Notes: a model not told the origin generated them from the letters alone. A stretch of 64,000 bases of DNA from Macrostomum lignano (GCA_002269645.1 NIVC01001253.1:1-64000), one strand, 5' to 3'. Positions 50,760 to 62,986 are shown, numbered from the stretch's first letter. Numbers and translations are program-made.

Positions 50760-50950
50760 GAGAGATTTCCTACAGTCTGAGGCACCATCTGACCGCCTGA
50801 GGGTGGCGATGTTCCAGGCGGTGGTCGAGACCGTCGCACTACCGTCGCAGAGCCATGGATGCTGAAGGACGGACTTCGTGTTTCGGCGACGAGCGAGTTT
50901 ACAGCGCGGCACTGTATCACTGCGCCGGCCTTTCAAGTTGAGGCTGGGGT
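50760..50950 (+). pseudogene. RTE-like RT relic, diverged copy 3 equivalent
   Basis: Reads LQSEAPSDRLRVAMFQAVVETVA and is followed by the same ATCCATATGACTG.AAACT flank as copies 1/2. Confidence 0.6.
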
Positions 50951-51033
50951 TTTCAATATCCATATGACTGGAAACTGTTTTCAATTTTCTGGATAGGGGG
51001 CAGATGTATCCGTAACTTTTCAAGTTTTTTTAG

Positions 51034-51937
51034 TGTAGTGACTGGCTGCTAACTGGCTATTCAGCAGCACTCACTAGCTTTCCCTAAGAGTGCTGTGATC
51101 CGCTGCACAGTGGCTCAGTCTACCTGATCTAGTGAGAGAGTTACCCTGTGCTGGGCCTAAGTGTTTACTGCCCGATGACTCATCGCCTGAGCGGGCGCGG
51201 CAGCCACACACCCTGTCTACCCTTCCGCGCTGAGAGGCGTAGCAGGATGACTCATCACCTGCGCGGAGTGTAATGGCTGCCTAGAGTGAGTAAACAGGAT
51301 GACTCATCCGCCCACGTTTCTATTTTTAGCACAGAATAAGCACGTGACTGTGCACGCACGTCCTGCGTGGCCACTGACCTTGGGTCACGCCACTGCTGCG
51401 TGACAGGGTTGCCTTATTTGGAAGTTGGCCTTGGATCACGCGTCTCTCGCATGATTCCAATGACCAAATAAGGAAGTTTCACGCGCTCACCGCATGAAAC
51501 TCACGTGACTTTTGGGGGTCTGCTCGGCTATAAATACGGAGCATCTGGTAGCCGTTTTTCTCCACACTGCGTCGTCTCGCGGAGCATTGTGGCTGACTCG
51601 TGAAGCCTCCTCCGAGCTCTCCTCTCTCATTTCAGGTTTACAGGTTTTCAGATTCGAGCAGCATTCTACTAAGACGATCGACTGTCAAGACATCTTTCAG
51701 ATTTGCTTTTGCTCCGAGCGACTTCGTTATTCTATTTTAGGTGACGGATAGACAACTCTGCTGACGCGTCGAGTCCACACACCAAGGTGGCAGCAACCCT
51801 ACCAAGACAAGGCTAACGTTTTAGGTTCATTTTCAGGCAAATCGATAGGTAGTACAACGGTGCTATCTAGCTACTTCCGGAGCAGAGTGTTTAAATTCTA
51901 CGAACATCTACAAGAACCAGGGAAGGAGCGTACTTCA
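51034..51937 (+). mobile_element. Solo LTR (904 bp, TG...CA) with 4 bp TSD TTAG
   Basis: Ends TGTAGT / ACTTCA; TTAG at 51030-51033 and 51938-51941; TATAAATA at ~51529; three GATGACTCATC motifs. Absent in copies 1/2. Confidence 0.75.
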
Positions 51938-53694
51938 TTAGTTTACGTTTTGCCTTGATTTACGCGATATAGCTTAAATAGCTCAGTTACGCATTTGCAC
52001 TACTGATAGTCCCGTTGAACTTTTCACTCGGAATTTCGCCCGGAATTTTTTCCTATTCCAGTGATGCAATCAGATCTGGGTGGAAATTCCGGATCTGTAA
52101 CGAAAGTTTACAGAATCCGGGCAAAATTTCTGGATCAAAAAGAAAAATTTCGGAAAATAGATCCGGATCTCTAAAAAAATTCCGGTGACAGTTCCGGGTG
52201 AATTCCGGGCGAGTGAACCGAATCAGCACACGAATCCGGGCGACTTCCGGGCGAGTGAACAAAATCAATACACAATACCGGGTGAATTCTGGATTCACCA
52301 GAAGCCAAATCCTGTGCATATCAACGTAGCAGAAAATTAAATAATGAACGAGTCATTGTTCCATACATTTTCCACGACTACGAATTGAATCGAATTCGAT
52401 TTAGCCGTCTTCGAACAGAAATATTAGATCCAGTTGAACACAACTGTAAATCGTATATTTCTATGTACGTCTACGTACTTTCCGAAACATAAAAATGCTG
52501 ACCTTCTGAATGTCACTCAAATGAGCAGCTGCACATCGATTACCATATAACCGTAACCGTACCTTATCGCAACATTGGATACTCTTCATGGATCCCCATC
52601 TACTACCTCTGAATGCATCTGTCGGGTGGGTCACTCGCCATACAGCTAATCAGCTAGTTAACTCAAGTCAGCCGACTTGTCTATTCACTTGCTTAAGATC
52701 TCCGCAACAATTAAGAAAGGATTATTCTTAAGAAAGGGATCCGGTACTCTTGTTAGCAGCCGTGACAACCAGGACACGGCACTTGCGGGTAGGCTCTTCA
52801 TCCGCATGCGGAATTGCTAAAATAGAAGCGTCCTGCACAACGCCGTACTTTACACTGCCCTGAGAATCAGGGGCGTATTGTACACTCCAATAGCGATTGA
52901 CAGCACCTGAGTACGCTTTAAACTCAGCAGGGAGTTCCTGTTGTTTCTTGGAAGTCTTGGAATTCTTCTTTGAACCAACTCCTGAGGTCCTTTAAGAATG
53001 GCTTTTTGATGTCATTACTGGTCAGATGGACAGCCTATGGCTGAAATGGTTTCAGTGAAGGACACATTTTGTTGAAGACGTGTGCTTGTTAAAATTCCCA
53101 TACAGCTGCCCAGATCTGCGAGATCACTCAAGTAAATAACCTAGTAGCATGCGTCTGTTAGGTAAGCGTTAGAAAATACAACATTAGGTGCATAAAGGTG
53201 CGAACTATGTCACTCAGTCTATTAATTGGATAGTGTTTTGATGCCATCCTGCTATACCATACTACTTACAAAAGCAACTATCAAATGAGTCAATGCGGAT
53301 GGGAAGATATACTTCCGAAATCGAAGTTCATACAGCTGATTTTCGGCTCCTTAGTGCGGTCATGTTTGTCAGCTTAGTCAGCATATTGGACACGTGGTTT
53401 AGTTTTAACGAACAACACCAAATGATTAGACAGTGGTTAGTATTTTGCAGTATTGAACTCATAGAATCACGAGTGAGATTACAGTTTTTGCAAATTGAAA
53501 GTACAATTATATGGTAGCCCACGATTAAAAACGTCGATTTCGACTTATGGACACTTGGTAGCATCAACACCTACTGCAATCGATCCCGCCGGCATTTCAG
53601 CTGTTGTCCTTTACCACGCGACTGTCGCCCAAATTTCGGCGACTTTCCGGTGCATCCAGTGCCATCCGATTCTGCGGAGCCGTTGGCAACGGGA

Positions 53695-54240
53695 CTAAAT
53701 GTCTGCTGGCGAAGGGTCTCTGAGTTGCACCGGATCCGACACTGCCTTCTTTCCATGTAGTTCTCGGTGCCTCCTTTGTAGCCATTCAAGATCGTCGGCG
53801 TCAGAATTAGAGTCACCGGTGACAAGCCAGCCTTCCCTGCGCCCTTTCGCAGATAATGGCACCGGCTTCCGTTTGCGGACAACGGCATTGGAAGTATGCA
53901 GTTGTCGGCTAACCAGCTGCACATAGGGCCGCGGTTTCGACTGGAATCGAGTTGAACTGGCGTCCAGTTCAATGAGATTCCGATACGGGAGGTCACTACG
54001 AAGTTGAGCATTTTCGGCTTCAAGGACCCTTATGTATCCCGTCGCCCAATGCACTTTCTCTTCGTCGCGATCGTCCCTGACCGCATACGGTGTGGGATTC
54101 CGACCGGTGTCGTTGGTTACGCTATGCGTCACTTTAAAGCCGAGGCCATCGTCGTCCCAAGAAGTGGAAGACGACGAGACATGACGTAGCAGTCGCCGTA
54201 TACGGCTATTTTCTAGCAGTAGCGCGTTGATACGGTCCAC
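53695..54240 (-). CDS. Unknown ORF (181 aa) inside the transposon; short coiled coil and basic patch
   Basis: ORF track; non-ATG start; YIRVLEAENAQLRSDL and VVRKRKP. No family recognised. Confidence 0.35.
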   Translation of the reverse strand: MDRINALLLENSRIRRLLRHVSSSSTSWDDDGLGFKVTHSVTNDTGRNPTPYAVRDDRDEEKVHWATGYIRVLEAENAQLRSDLPYRNLIELDASSTRFQSKPRPYVQLVSRQLHTSNAVVRKRKPVPLSAKGRREGWLVTGDSNSDADDLEWLQRRHRELHGKKAVSDPVQLRDPSPADI

Positions 54241-54315
54241 AAGTAAGGCCAGATTTGTGACTTTGAAAATCGGCTGTACATGCTTGCCGGGCTGGAGTTA
54301 TGGCTAGAATTGCCT

Positions 54316-54324
54316 CTGTCTGCC

Positions 54325-54385
<61 letters not shown>

Positions 54386-54392
54386 GCCTGTC
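54316..54392. repeat. (GTCT)n microsatellite, possibly the core of a nested HINE-like insertion (~54250-54520)
   Basis: The repeat is directly visible; a CGGC...GCCG mini-hairpin lies nearby. The element identity is inferred. Confidence 0.7.
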
Positions 54393-54619
54393 GAGTTATT
54401 GTATAAATTTATGAAAAAGTCTAGCACAATAAGCGCGCATATGAAGGAAGTTTCTGAAACATGAAGTTCCAATCTTGGCCCAACATAAGATCATTATATA
54501 CTCGTACAAAATTGACTACATAAGACACATAAACGGTTACAGCAGTTACAGGTTCGTCCTTACTGTATACAGTATACGACATGTGAACGGGAGTACAATT
54601 TCGCGTCAATGAGCCAATG

Positions 54620-57212
54620 GCAAGTTGTCCATGGGGCAGCAAAGCGATGTGCGTTTCTGATACCGCACAGCAACCGACAATGTCGTCAGCTGGGCGGCAG
54701 GTCGTAGGACCAGTCGTCTCCAGGTCGAACGGATCACATGCGAGAACCGACAACCCCTCTACTCTGAGTCATCAAGGACTCCTGACATGGCATGCATAGG
54801 TTCCATGTCGGGAATTAGCACGGACAGGTTTTGCAGAACCACACTCAGGCTGTCTCCGTCTGTGTGATCTCCAGCACCCTGTGGAAGTCGAATGTTCCCA
54901 CCTCCCGTTCTGCGGTGGCAACAAAGCATGAAACGCGCCGACGCGATCGCATGCTGCCATTAAATACTTCCACAAACAGACCGCTGTCGAACCACATGGA
55001 CTTCCAAGACTCTGGTGCCGTTTCCGCGCTGCGGCATGCTACGACGCGTCCGAATCTTCGGGTTCCATCCAGCTCCCGCCGTCGATGCTGCTCGACCGGA
55101 TTTCCGGTCAGGCCTTGTCCAGCGGCAAGTAGACGCTCAATAACATTGACCAGCTTAACGTCCAGCATTCTTTTGCCATGTGACCGTCTCTTCAGGTGAC
55201 TATGCATGGACTCCATGGGCCCCGAAGAAAGTCGGTGGATTGGGCCAGCCAGGCTAGCATAGTCGACCATGTGCACGCATACTTGGTGAGCGTTGTAGGA
55301 CTGCAGTCGCACGAAGTGCAGACGTTCTATGGCTGCGTATAGATACCTTATTGACAGACGCACATGCGGCAGTTCCGACTTCGGATTGCCCTCTAGAGTC
55401 AACCAGAACATAGAAGCAGAAAGCACTTCAATGTTAGTGGAAGTGGTCCTTGAATCTCATGTCGTTCTGTTCGTAGTTCACGAGGAACTTCTCCATACAC
55501 ATGGGAAGGTACGCCAGCAGCCACATCTCGAATTCGTCACCGCAGAACTTCTTCACCTCTTTCAGCTTGCGCGGGATGCGATGCACGCTTCATGGCATTC
55601 TTGGCACCTTGATTTTGGCCACCTCAGTGTCGACGTCGACGATTCGCGTATGCAGGTCTGGTGTTCTCACTTGCGGATCCGGCTTCTGGTGTCGTACTAG
55701 AAACAGTTGGCACATCAGGGAGCATACAAGGCCAGCACAAAACTGATGCAAGTAGTCAGGTGGAGAAGCCTGAACATAGTCGAAGAAAGCGATCAGGCCA
55801 GCAAGAGGAAAAACGGACACAACACCGAGTGTGTCCGCGATCCGTCCGGTTCCATTGCTGCTGCTGCTGCATTTGTTGACGTAAAGCCAACCGACCGGTG
55901 TCGAGTTGAGTTCTCACTGTCGGTTTAATACACCCTTTCGCCCTTGCGGTGTTTAGTATAGCAGGTGTAACTGCCGATGGATAGTACCTGCCGTACCCCG
56001 AGGGCTGCGGAGTGGTTTTCAAATAACACTTGTCGCAGCCGTATACGGCGTTAAAACGTTTGAAACCGAGGGCGTCTGCTCGAGCGGGAGCATCAAAAAT
56101 AGCGAATAGGGGATGCAGGCGAAGGCGCATGCTTGAACCGTCTGGTCTCGTTGCGTCGAGACCAGAAACGCGGAGAACTTTGAGCTGTTGAATAACAATG
56201 GGCAAAAATGACGCAGGACGCACTTTCGCCTTGCCAGCCCAAAGGCCACATAGGATTACAAACTTCCACTGCCGTCGCAGCTGGACTTCCGTGATACAGA
56301 GATATACTGGGCATACCTCTGTGAAACCCGTGGAGTGTGGATTGAAGACGTCGCTACACAGTGTGTAGGGAAGATCGGCACGCAGACTGGGATTGATACC
56401 TAACAAGAAGCGTTTGTACACTTCGCTGGTGCCGTAATACAACTTCTGGTCGTCAGCCTCTCTCCACTCTTCAGACCAGACAACAGACTGAAGCAGACCG
56501 GCATCTATTCTCTGCCTCAGCTGTTTATCTATGTCGAATGCCCTGAAATGCGCTAGTCCTTCAACTGAATCGCAGTGACTGCACGGTTGATTGTGACCCA
56601 GCGCACTTTGGCCACATGATAGACAAAAAAATGGCACTGGGAAGATCCGTGTGCGGATTTGTCTCCTATCTCAATTGCCAGGTGATCGAAAACGCGGTCC
56701 GAACGCGGAATACTGCAGCCAGGAAGCATTTCGTGAAGAGTCTTTAGCAACTGTCGTCGTACGGGCGCGGACAAATTGGCTTGTAAGAAAAGCGACTGCA
56801 ATGACGAAATAGCAGATCTGAAGGACACGGCATTTGCACTGAAGAATGGCAAATTGAAATAGTCCTGACCGCTCACTTCTCCCGCATGAACATTGGATCC
56901 GGAGTCTGAATCTTCACCAGCATCGCCGGCACCATCTCCAGCAGCGTCTTGGTCGTCTACGACCGCATCGCCGGCACCATCTGCAGCAGTCCCATACGGG
57001 CGGATACGTCGCAGTCGCTGAACTCACTCAACGACAGATAGTGCACTGGTGTTAGCTTTTCTTTTAACACCTTTGCGGTATTCTCTCATGTATTCTCGCA
57101 TATACAGCCGGCGTTCATTTGACTGAGCCGGAATGTGTGGATAATTTCTGTCCATATCCATACGACGAACTGCAATGGAGACGGTTGACATACGGACTTT
57201 TTGTGCGCTCAA
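54620..57212 (-). pseudogene. EnSpm/CMC Tnp2-family DDE transposase with several frameshifts and stops
   Basis: LCSDVFN (first D), FDAPARA..GFKRFNAVYGCDKC (second D plus CxxC), PPDYLHQFCAG, RIPRKL...EFEMWLLAYLP, YNAHQVCVH..GPI..SSGPMES (E). Frameshift at the A7 run near 56622-56630; in-frame TGA at 55590. Confidence 0.88.
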
Positions 57213-58068
57213 GATCAGTACTAATTAATGATACCTAAGCTCCGATTCCCTAATATATCGTACCTTTTGGAAACACATTGGCACGTCTCCACCGAAAAGT
57301 TGATATCTACGACATATAACTTATTTCTAATGGTTATAATTTGTAAAGCAACAAAGTACAAATTTACTGAAAAAGGGGAGGCGTAATTCTACCCCAATAG
57401 AGTAGCAAGTTGTTATGTGTATTTGACGTCACGCAAAAGTGACGCAAAAATGCACGCAAATGCATCAGAATGGTGGGACGACATGGTAATAAAGTATTAG
57501 AAAACCACCAATAACTATTGTCACCCGTTATCATCTAAACTGTTTATAAATTCGTACGACATGAATAAGGCATGACCTCGGGGTATTTTTCACCCAAAAG
57601 TGGTACACGTGAAAAAGGTAAATGCACTAGATATGATAGGTGGAAGAATCCTATAAAGATGGGTATAAATATGTCTAGAATCATATAAGTACAGGAAAAA
57701 ATACAAGGGAAGTAAGGAACTTGCTACTCGCGAATCTGCGAACTCGCTCGCTCACTAGCTATGGTTCCAGAAGCTAGTGAGCTAGTGAGTACTTGGCCTC
57801 CGTTGAGCATCTCTGCTAAAAATAGAACTGAGTTAGAGTTCCTCGTTTTAAGGCGTTCTGCCTTCGATACCCCTCAAGCGCGGTGTTCCCCAATTCCAAG
57901 AAATTCTCAAATCCCAAGTAAGATTAGTCCCATAAGCCCAATTAACCCCGTACGAAACTAGTAGCATCGATAAGATTCATCCCAGATTAATTCGTCAAGA
58001 ACTGGACGCCAGCGATAGGATAGTAATACCAGTAGTCAATAAACCCGTAACATTAATCAATACCATTG

Positions 58069-59443
58069 TTAAAACTTTCTTCGCTTTCCGATTCCGTTAT
58101 GCCGGCTGCCCACGCCCAGGCCGTATCTACGGTAACGAGAGCGTAGATAATACTCGTCGTCTACAACGCCAGCCACGGTGGTGGGAATAGTTGCTGCTGT
58201 CGGCAGAGCCGCGCCGGAATCCGGCTGAGGTTCGACGCTGGCCGTACTGCTCGCAACACCAGCCGCCGTGTCGGGCATCGGCTCATCAGGCTCAAAAACG
58301 AGGCCTCGCGAGGTAAGGCCTGAGCTAGGCAACGGCCAGTAGTGCCGGGTCGCGGACCATTAATTGGGCCACCTCACGGCAGGTCGAAAGCAGTACTGGC
58401 GCACTAAAGCTGCAGTACCTTACCTCTACACCCACAATGGCCATGGCGATATTATCCGTCGTGCAGTAGCCACGCCACGGGGGATGCCCTCCTTCAACAG
58501 CATTTGTAGCAGGAAGCCGATGCGATCTTTCCGGCCGCTTCCGCGCTGATAGGCCACATCGAATCTGCCCGCCTCCTGACGGAGTAGCACCAGCAGAGCG
58601 TCGACTCGGTCGGCCAAGGGCTCCGTGCCCATAAAGGCGGGTTTTTCTATTCCCGCTTTTTCTGGCGAGCGCAGGCCCATGCCCAGCTCCTGAGCCCGAG
58701 ATCTGATCAGGTAGAAGCAGCAGTTAAGGCCACAGCCACGCCAAACTACGTCTCGTATGCCGACTTGGAGGACTACCAGCCGCTCCAGCACAGCAGCCGG
58801 TGACATGCTGACGTTGGACGAGTCATCCTCTCCGTACTGTTCGTCCTGCCACAGAAAGCCCTGTAAACTTCGGTTGGGCGTTCTACGGCAGTCGTGAGGA
58901 GACCGATGACGTCGCGAAGCATTGGCAGGGGCCATTTCTGCACAGTGATGATGGCATTGCAGCCGCACTGACTGGAAGCCGCCGCCTCGCGCCTGCTGTT
59001 TTCAAAACTTTTCGGTCCAGAGTTCACAGGCGACCGATGCGGCGGCTTTTTCAGTGGCAATACACGCGAGTATGCTATGTACCACTGCCATTGCTTCAGG
59101 ACGACGTCGACGTTAGCATCAGGCGTGAGCAACCGGCCGACTTCGGCCACTGTCGGTTCTGCCACGACACCGGCTTTGGCCCTGCCTGGCAAATTTTGTT
59201 GATTACTTACGCCGAATCCGGGCACAGAATCCGTGCGCTAAAGCTGACACATCCGAGGTCGGCGAAAGGGGTTTCTGCGCTGAATAACCTTCGGTACGAT
59301 GTCAATACAGAGTCGATACGCACCCAAGGTGCTGGACGGCCCCGATGTGCGGGGTACAGCAGGATAGCACGGATGTTACTAAGCCCGTCGGCTATTTTCT
59401 GTTTCTTTTCATCCGGCAACACGGAGCCTTCGTTGTGATTCAT
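58069..59443 (-). pseudogene. Second, passenger ORF of the transposon (~450 codons, broken); tentative OTU-like cysteine protease domain
   Basis: Consecutive overlapping minus-strand ORFs (59207-59443, 58773-59225, 58426-58968, 58069-58332); GCGLNCCFY motif; C-terminal KRRKF. The domain call is inference. Confidence 0.5.
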
Positions 59444-62400
59444 TGTGCTGAAAGGGTGTGATACTCGACTTCTGTAAATAGCAGTCAGCTTGAACTGTCG
59501 GGGACGTAACCAGGGTATTAATTGCTATTTCGATGCTATCGAGGTATCATTTTCCTTACTGCACATATGTGCATACTGACGCGGAAATATATCATTCAAT
59601 CGACTTCGGGTTCTAGCCGTACGTGAAGTGAACAGTTTTAAAATTCTGCTGCACCTAATACTCAACAGTTTACGATGTTACCTACAATGCATAACAATGA
59701 TCATACATACTACCCAATAGTTTCAAAAACGGAAAATAAGAAAGACAAGTAAGTGCACCAATACTGAAGCCCCTGATTAATTTGTATTTTCAGATGGCAG
59801 GTCAGCATAGCAGCTGCCTTGAGCTACAACAGAAGCTAAGATTAATTATCCATCGCAGGTCAGCTTATCAGCTGCCTTGAGCCACACGACATGTTTACCG
59901 ACCCGTGTAGTCTGTATAGACTACTTGAAGAGTTCGCTTTAGCACACTAGAGAGAGAGGGAAAGAGAGAGAGAGAAAGAGAAGAGAGAGAAATTAATCTA
60001 GTGTCTAAACGCACGAACTCCCACTTCCAGACCTCAAGCCTGGGAACAAGGTTCAGTGTTCACTTACTGATGCGGGCTCCTCTTCTTTGTCGGGCAGGTT
60101 CTCCGAGCTCGTCTCTTCAGATATTCTTCCTCCGGAGTAGTCTTGAATTATAGAATCGGCCGAATATGAGAGCTTAATAACTTAGTCCGTCGACGTCAGT
60201 ATATTCCTCGAGTGCAGAAATCGATATATTCCTCGAGTGCAGAAACCAATATATTCTTCGAGTGCAGAGATGCGCCCTAATAACAAAGTCAACTCTATAA
60301 CAATAACGAGGTCCTCCGAAAGGGCGTCTTCTTCTAGAAATAACGGAATCGGAGTCGTTTGCTCCTATCGGTTACTCTAGGGTACCAAAATCAATCAGTC
60401 AGTAATCAACTAAGAGTATCGGAATCGGTCCGCAGATCCTATCCAATCCCTTAGGAATAGGGAGGCCTCAAATTCAATAACTCAATAAATCGACTTATCA
60501 GTAACGGCCGGCAATGACACAGCTCTCAATAATCGAACAACAAAGACTTCAAATAACAAAGACTCGAACAAAGGTTTACCAATTGGTATTTGTCTCTCTC
60601 AGAGATATAGCCTTGCTTAGTAACTCTGGCTAAGCCTAAGATCTCTTAAGGCTGCTCCGAGTCTGAGGTTTCAGCTCGGATTTTTGCTTGTATTTATACA
60701 CGATTTCATTCGACCTTGAGCTTCAAACTGGTTTTATTGATAAGAATCAAAAGATGGACTTTGTCTCTTGACCGGTGGGGTTTTGCATAGAAAGGGGTGA
60801 AGCCTAGATCGCATTTAACTTGACCTTTACCATATTTGGAAATTTAGGTTGAAAACCGGTTTTTTGGACTATGTAACGATCACTCGCTGTTTACGTGATA
60901 TTGCATGCATTACTGAAAATAGAGTATGACGCATGTTAGTTTTAAATAGTATTCATGTTTTTATCTTGCTACTTTTAGTAGGCTACTATGCTTGGAGATC
61001 TCTACATACTCTAGAATTGATCTGCTCACGGCTGGTGCAACTGCAAACGCCTTAGACAAACCACTGGAGCATGTACCGACAAAAATCGGATTAGTTTCTA
61101 TCTTAATAGTGAAGCTGTTTTGAATACTGGGCCAGTTAGAGCTATTTGGAACCATGCCACAGTCTCAATCTAGACACCCAGCTGTGCTAAACAAAATGCT
61201 TAGCTGATTTATGCTTAGAAGCGTCAAATATGACGATAGAATCATTCAGACCGTTGAAACACTAAGCAGCTGTGACAGACTACATGCCAGTGGAAGTCAA
61301 ACCTCTCGCACACAAACAGGGCGCAACAATTTTTCAATTGTCACCTGTACGGAGGATGGGCTCAGCCTCACATTACGGACGCTACAGTGCATCCGAAAAG
61401 CAGATCAGTTGTCTCATCAAAGCGAGTTTTTATTACCCCTCGCTTTCCAGAGGCATTAGCGCCGCTGACCAAACGGATGCCAGGGATTGCCTGATGGGAT
61501 AACCATTTGCTGGGGTCTGTATTCAGCGGTTTTCCATCGGAGGCTTCCTCTCAAAATCCCCATGGTACTTGTATAATGGATGCCGGATTGATTCCGACTG
61601 AAGTCCCGAAATTTTCCCGGATCAGCTTCGCCCGGAACTTGGCTGAAATTCGGGTCCAGAGGAGCCAATCCGGGTGAATTTTTCGGATCACTTGGTCTGG
61701 ATAACTGGGGAATTCCGACCGAAGTCCCGAAATCTCACCCGGAACATTTTCATCCGGAATCCTACTGAAATTCGGATCTACACCCAGAATTCCGTAGTGT
61801 TCCGGGTGAAAAATTCCGGAAAGTCCAACCGGAACAGCTTTCCTTTTCCCGAAATCTTACCGGATCATATTTCCTGATCTTTTTTTCGGAAAAAAGGGGC
61901 TGTTCGAGCCCAAAAAAGCTGATCTGGGCCTTCACCCGGAAATAAAATAAAAATCGGGCCCGGATCACAAAATTCCGGAAAAAATTCAAGGTGAAAAATT
62001 CAACGGAAACATTGATAGCCAGGCTATTAAGGGCTTTAAACCATTTTTGAAAGTAGGATGGAGTTTAACCCCTCAAATGAAGAGACTACCAAAATGTATT
62101 TGTGTCTTCAACGTCGAGTTACAATAAGTTATGGCAATCCTAACTTTTGTTCGGTAAATTATTTGGACTACGAATTTGTGCTCAGCGAACAGTGGAATAT
62201 GGAAGAATTCCCATAGTGAAACCGACACTGAACGAGTGATATCTCAGTTTTAAAGCGCAGGACTGATGTCGCATGGTCTGTAGTCTGAGATCCAGATAAG
62301 ATATGGCTCACTTTGTGGATCCACAGCGGGAGGCCGCCTGCATACCAATAGCTACTGTGGAATTAATGAGCCGGGCCCACGTCAAACGAAGTTTCGTAAC

Positions 62401-62768
62401 ATAAGCACGAGTGACGCTTTATTCGATGCCCATATTGATGAGTGGCGTCGCCTCTATTCACATAGCACCTTTGGCGCTCTTTTCTACTGGGTAGTGCTTT
62501 ACTATCCACTTTGATGATTTCTTTTTGACTTTGACTTAAAAATACTGAACTTTATCTAGTTTATAGTTTACATTTTATAGTTTACATTTGCTTTACCATT
62601 GAAATGCACACTTTGGGAATTCTTAGAAGTGTTCGCTGAGTACAGATTTGAAGTCAAAATAATTTACCAAAAGAAAATGTAAAATTACCTAAGTTATTTC
62701 TAGGATACGCACAGTCTAACATTCGATCTTCTCACTATTACTAGGCTTGGCTCTCACGTCGCGGTAAG

Positions 62769-62986
62769 CAGTGGTGGATCCAGAATTTCATTTTGGGAGG
62801 CGGTCCAAGTTTGGGGCGCCAACATGAGTATGAGGGGCGCCAAATTTTAAGCTAGGGGCACAAAATGCGTGTAGGGAGCGAAAAATCAAGTTCAAAGGGC
62901 GCAAACTTAGGTTTTTGGGGAGCACAATGTTCAAGCTGTTTCGGGGGGGGGGGGGCGGCCGCCCCCCACCCCTAAGTCCGCCCTTG
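62769..62986. mobile_element. Short non-autonomous DNA element of the CAG(T/G)GGCGGATCC type
   Basis: CAGTGGTGGATCCAG at the left end, GTCCGCCCTTG at the right end, and a G-run interior. Confidence 0.55.

Larger units (their letters stand above)
52011..62007 (-). mobile_element. ~10 kb CMC/EnSpm (CACTA-related) DNA transposon
   Basis: Imperfect ~37 bp TIRs (CCCGTTGAACTTTTCAC..GAATTT..CCGGAATT versus the reverse complement TCCGTTGAATTTTTCAC..GAATTT..CCGGAATT), dense subterminal TTCCGG/CCGGAA repeats at 52011-52310 and 61580-61990, a Tnp2-type transposase, and flanks that are contiguous in the paralogs. Confidence 0.85.

Noticed and set aside
52700-53110. Minus-strand frame reading ...GSVKYGVVQ..., possibly another EnSpm C-terminal fragment
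   Set aside because: Short, interrupted by stops, and an alternative frame reads equally plausibly; evidence is insufficient.
58480-58620. Resemblance of LADRVDALLVLLRQEAG...LLKEGI to a Polinton/Maverick small-protein motif
   Set aside because: No PolB, capsid, ATPase or integrase genes nearby; the element has CMC transposase and termini; an OTU-like reading explains more of the ORF.
60872-61200. TGTAACGA as a possible LTR start, and the 64 aa ORF at 60961-61155
   Set aside because: No matching ...TTACA end or TSD within the element, and no recognisable protein motif.
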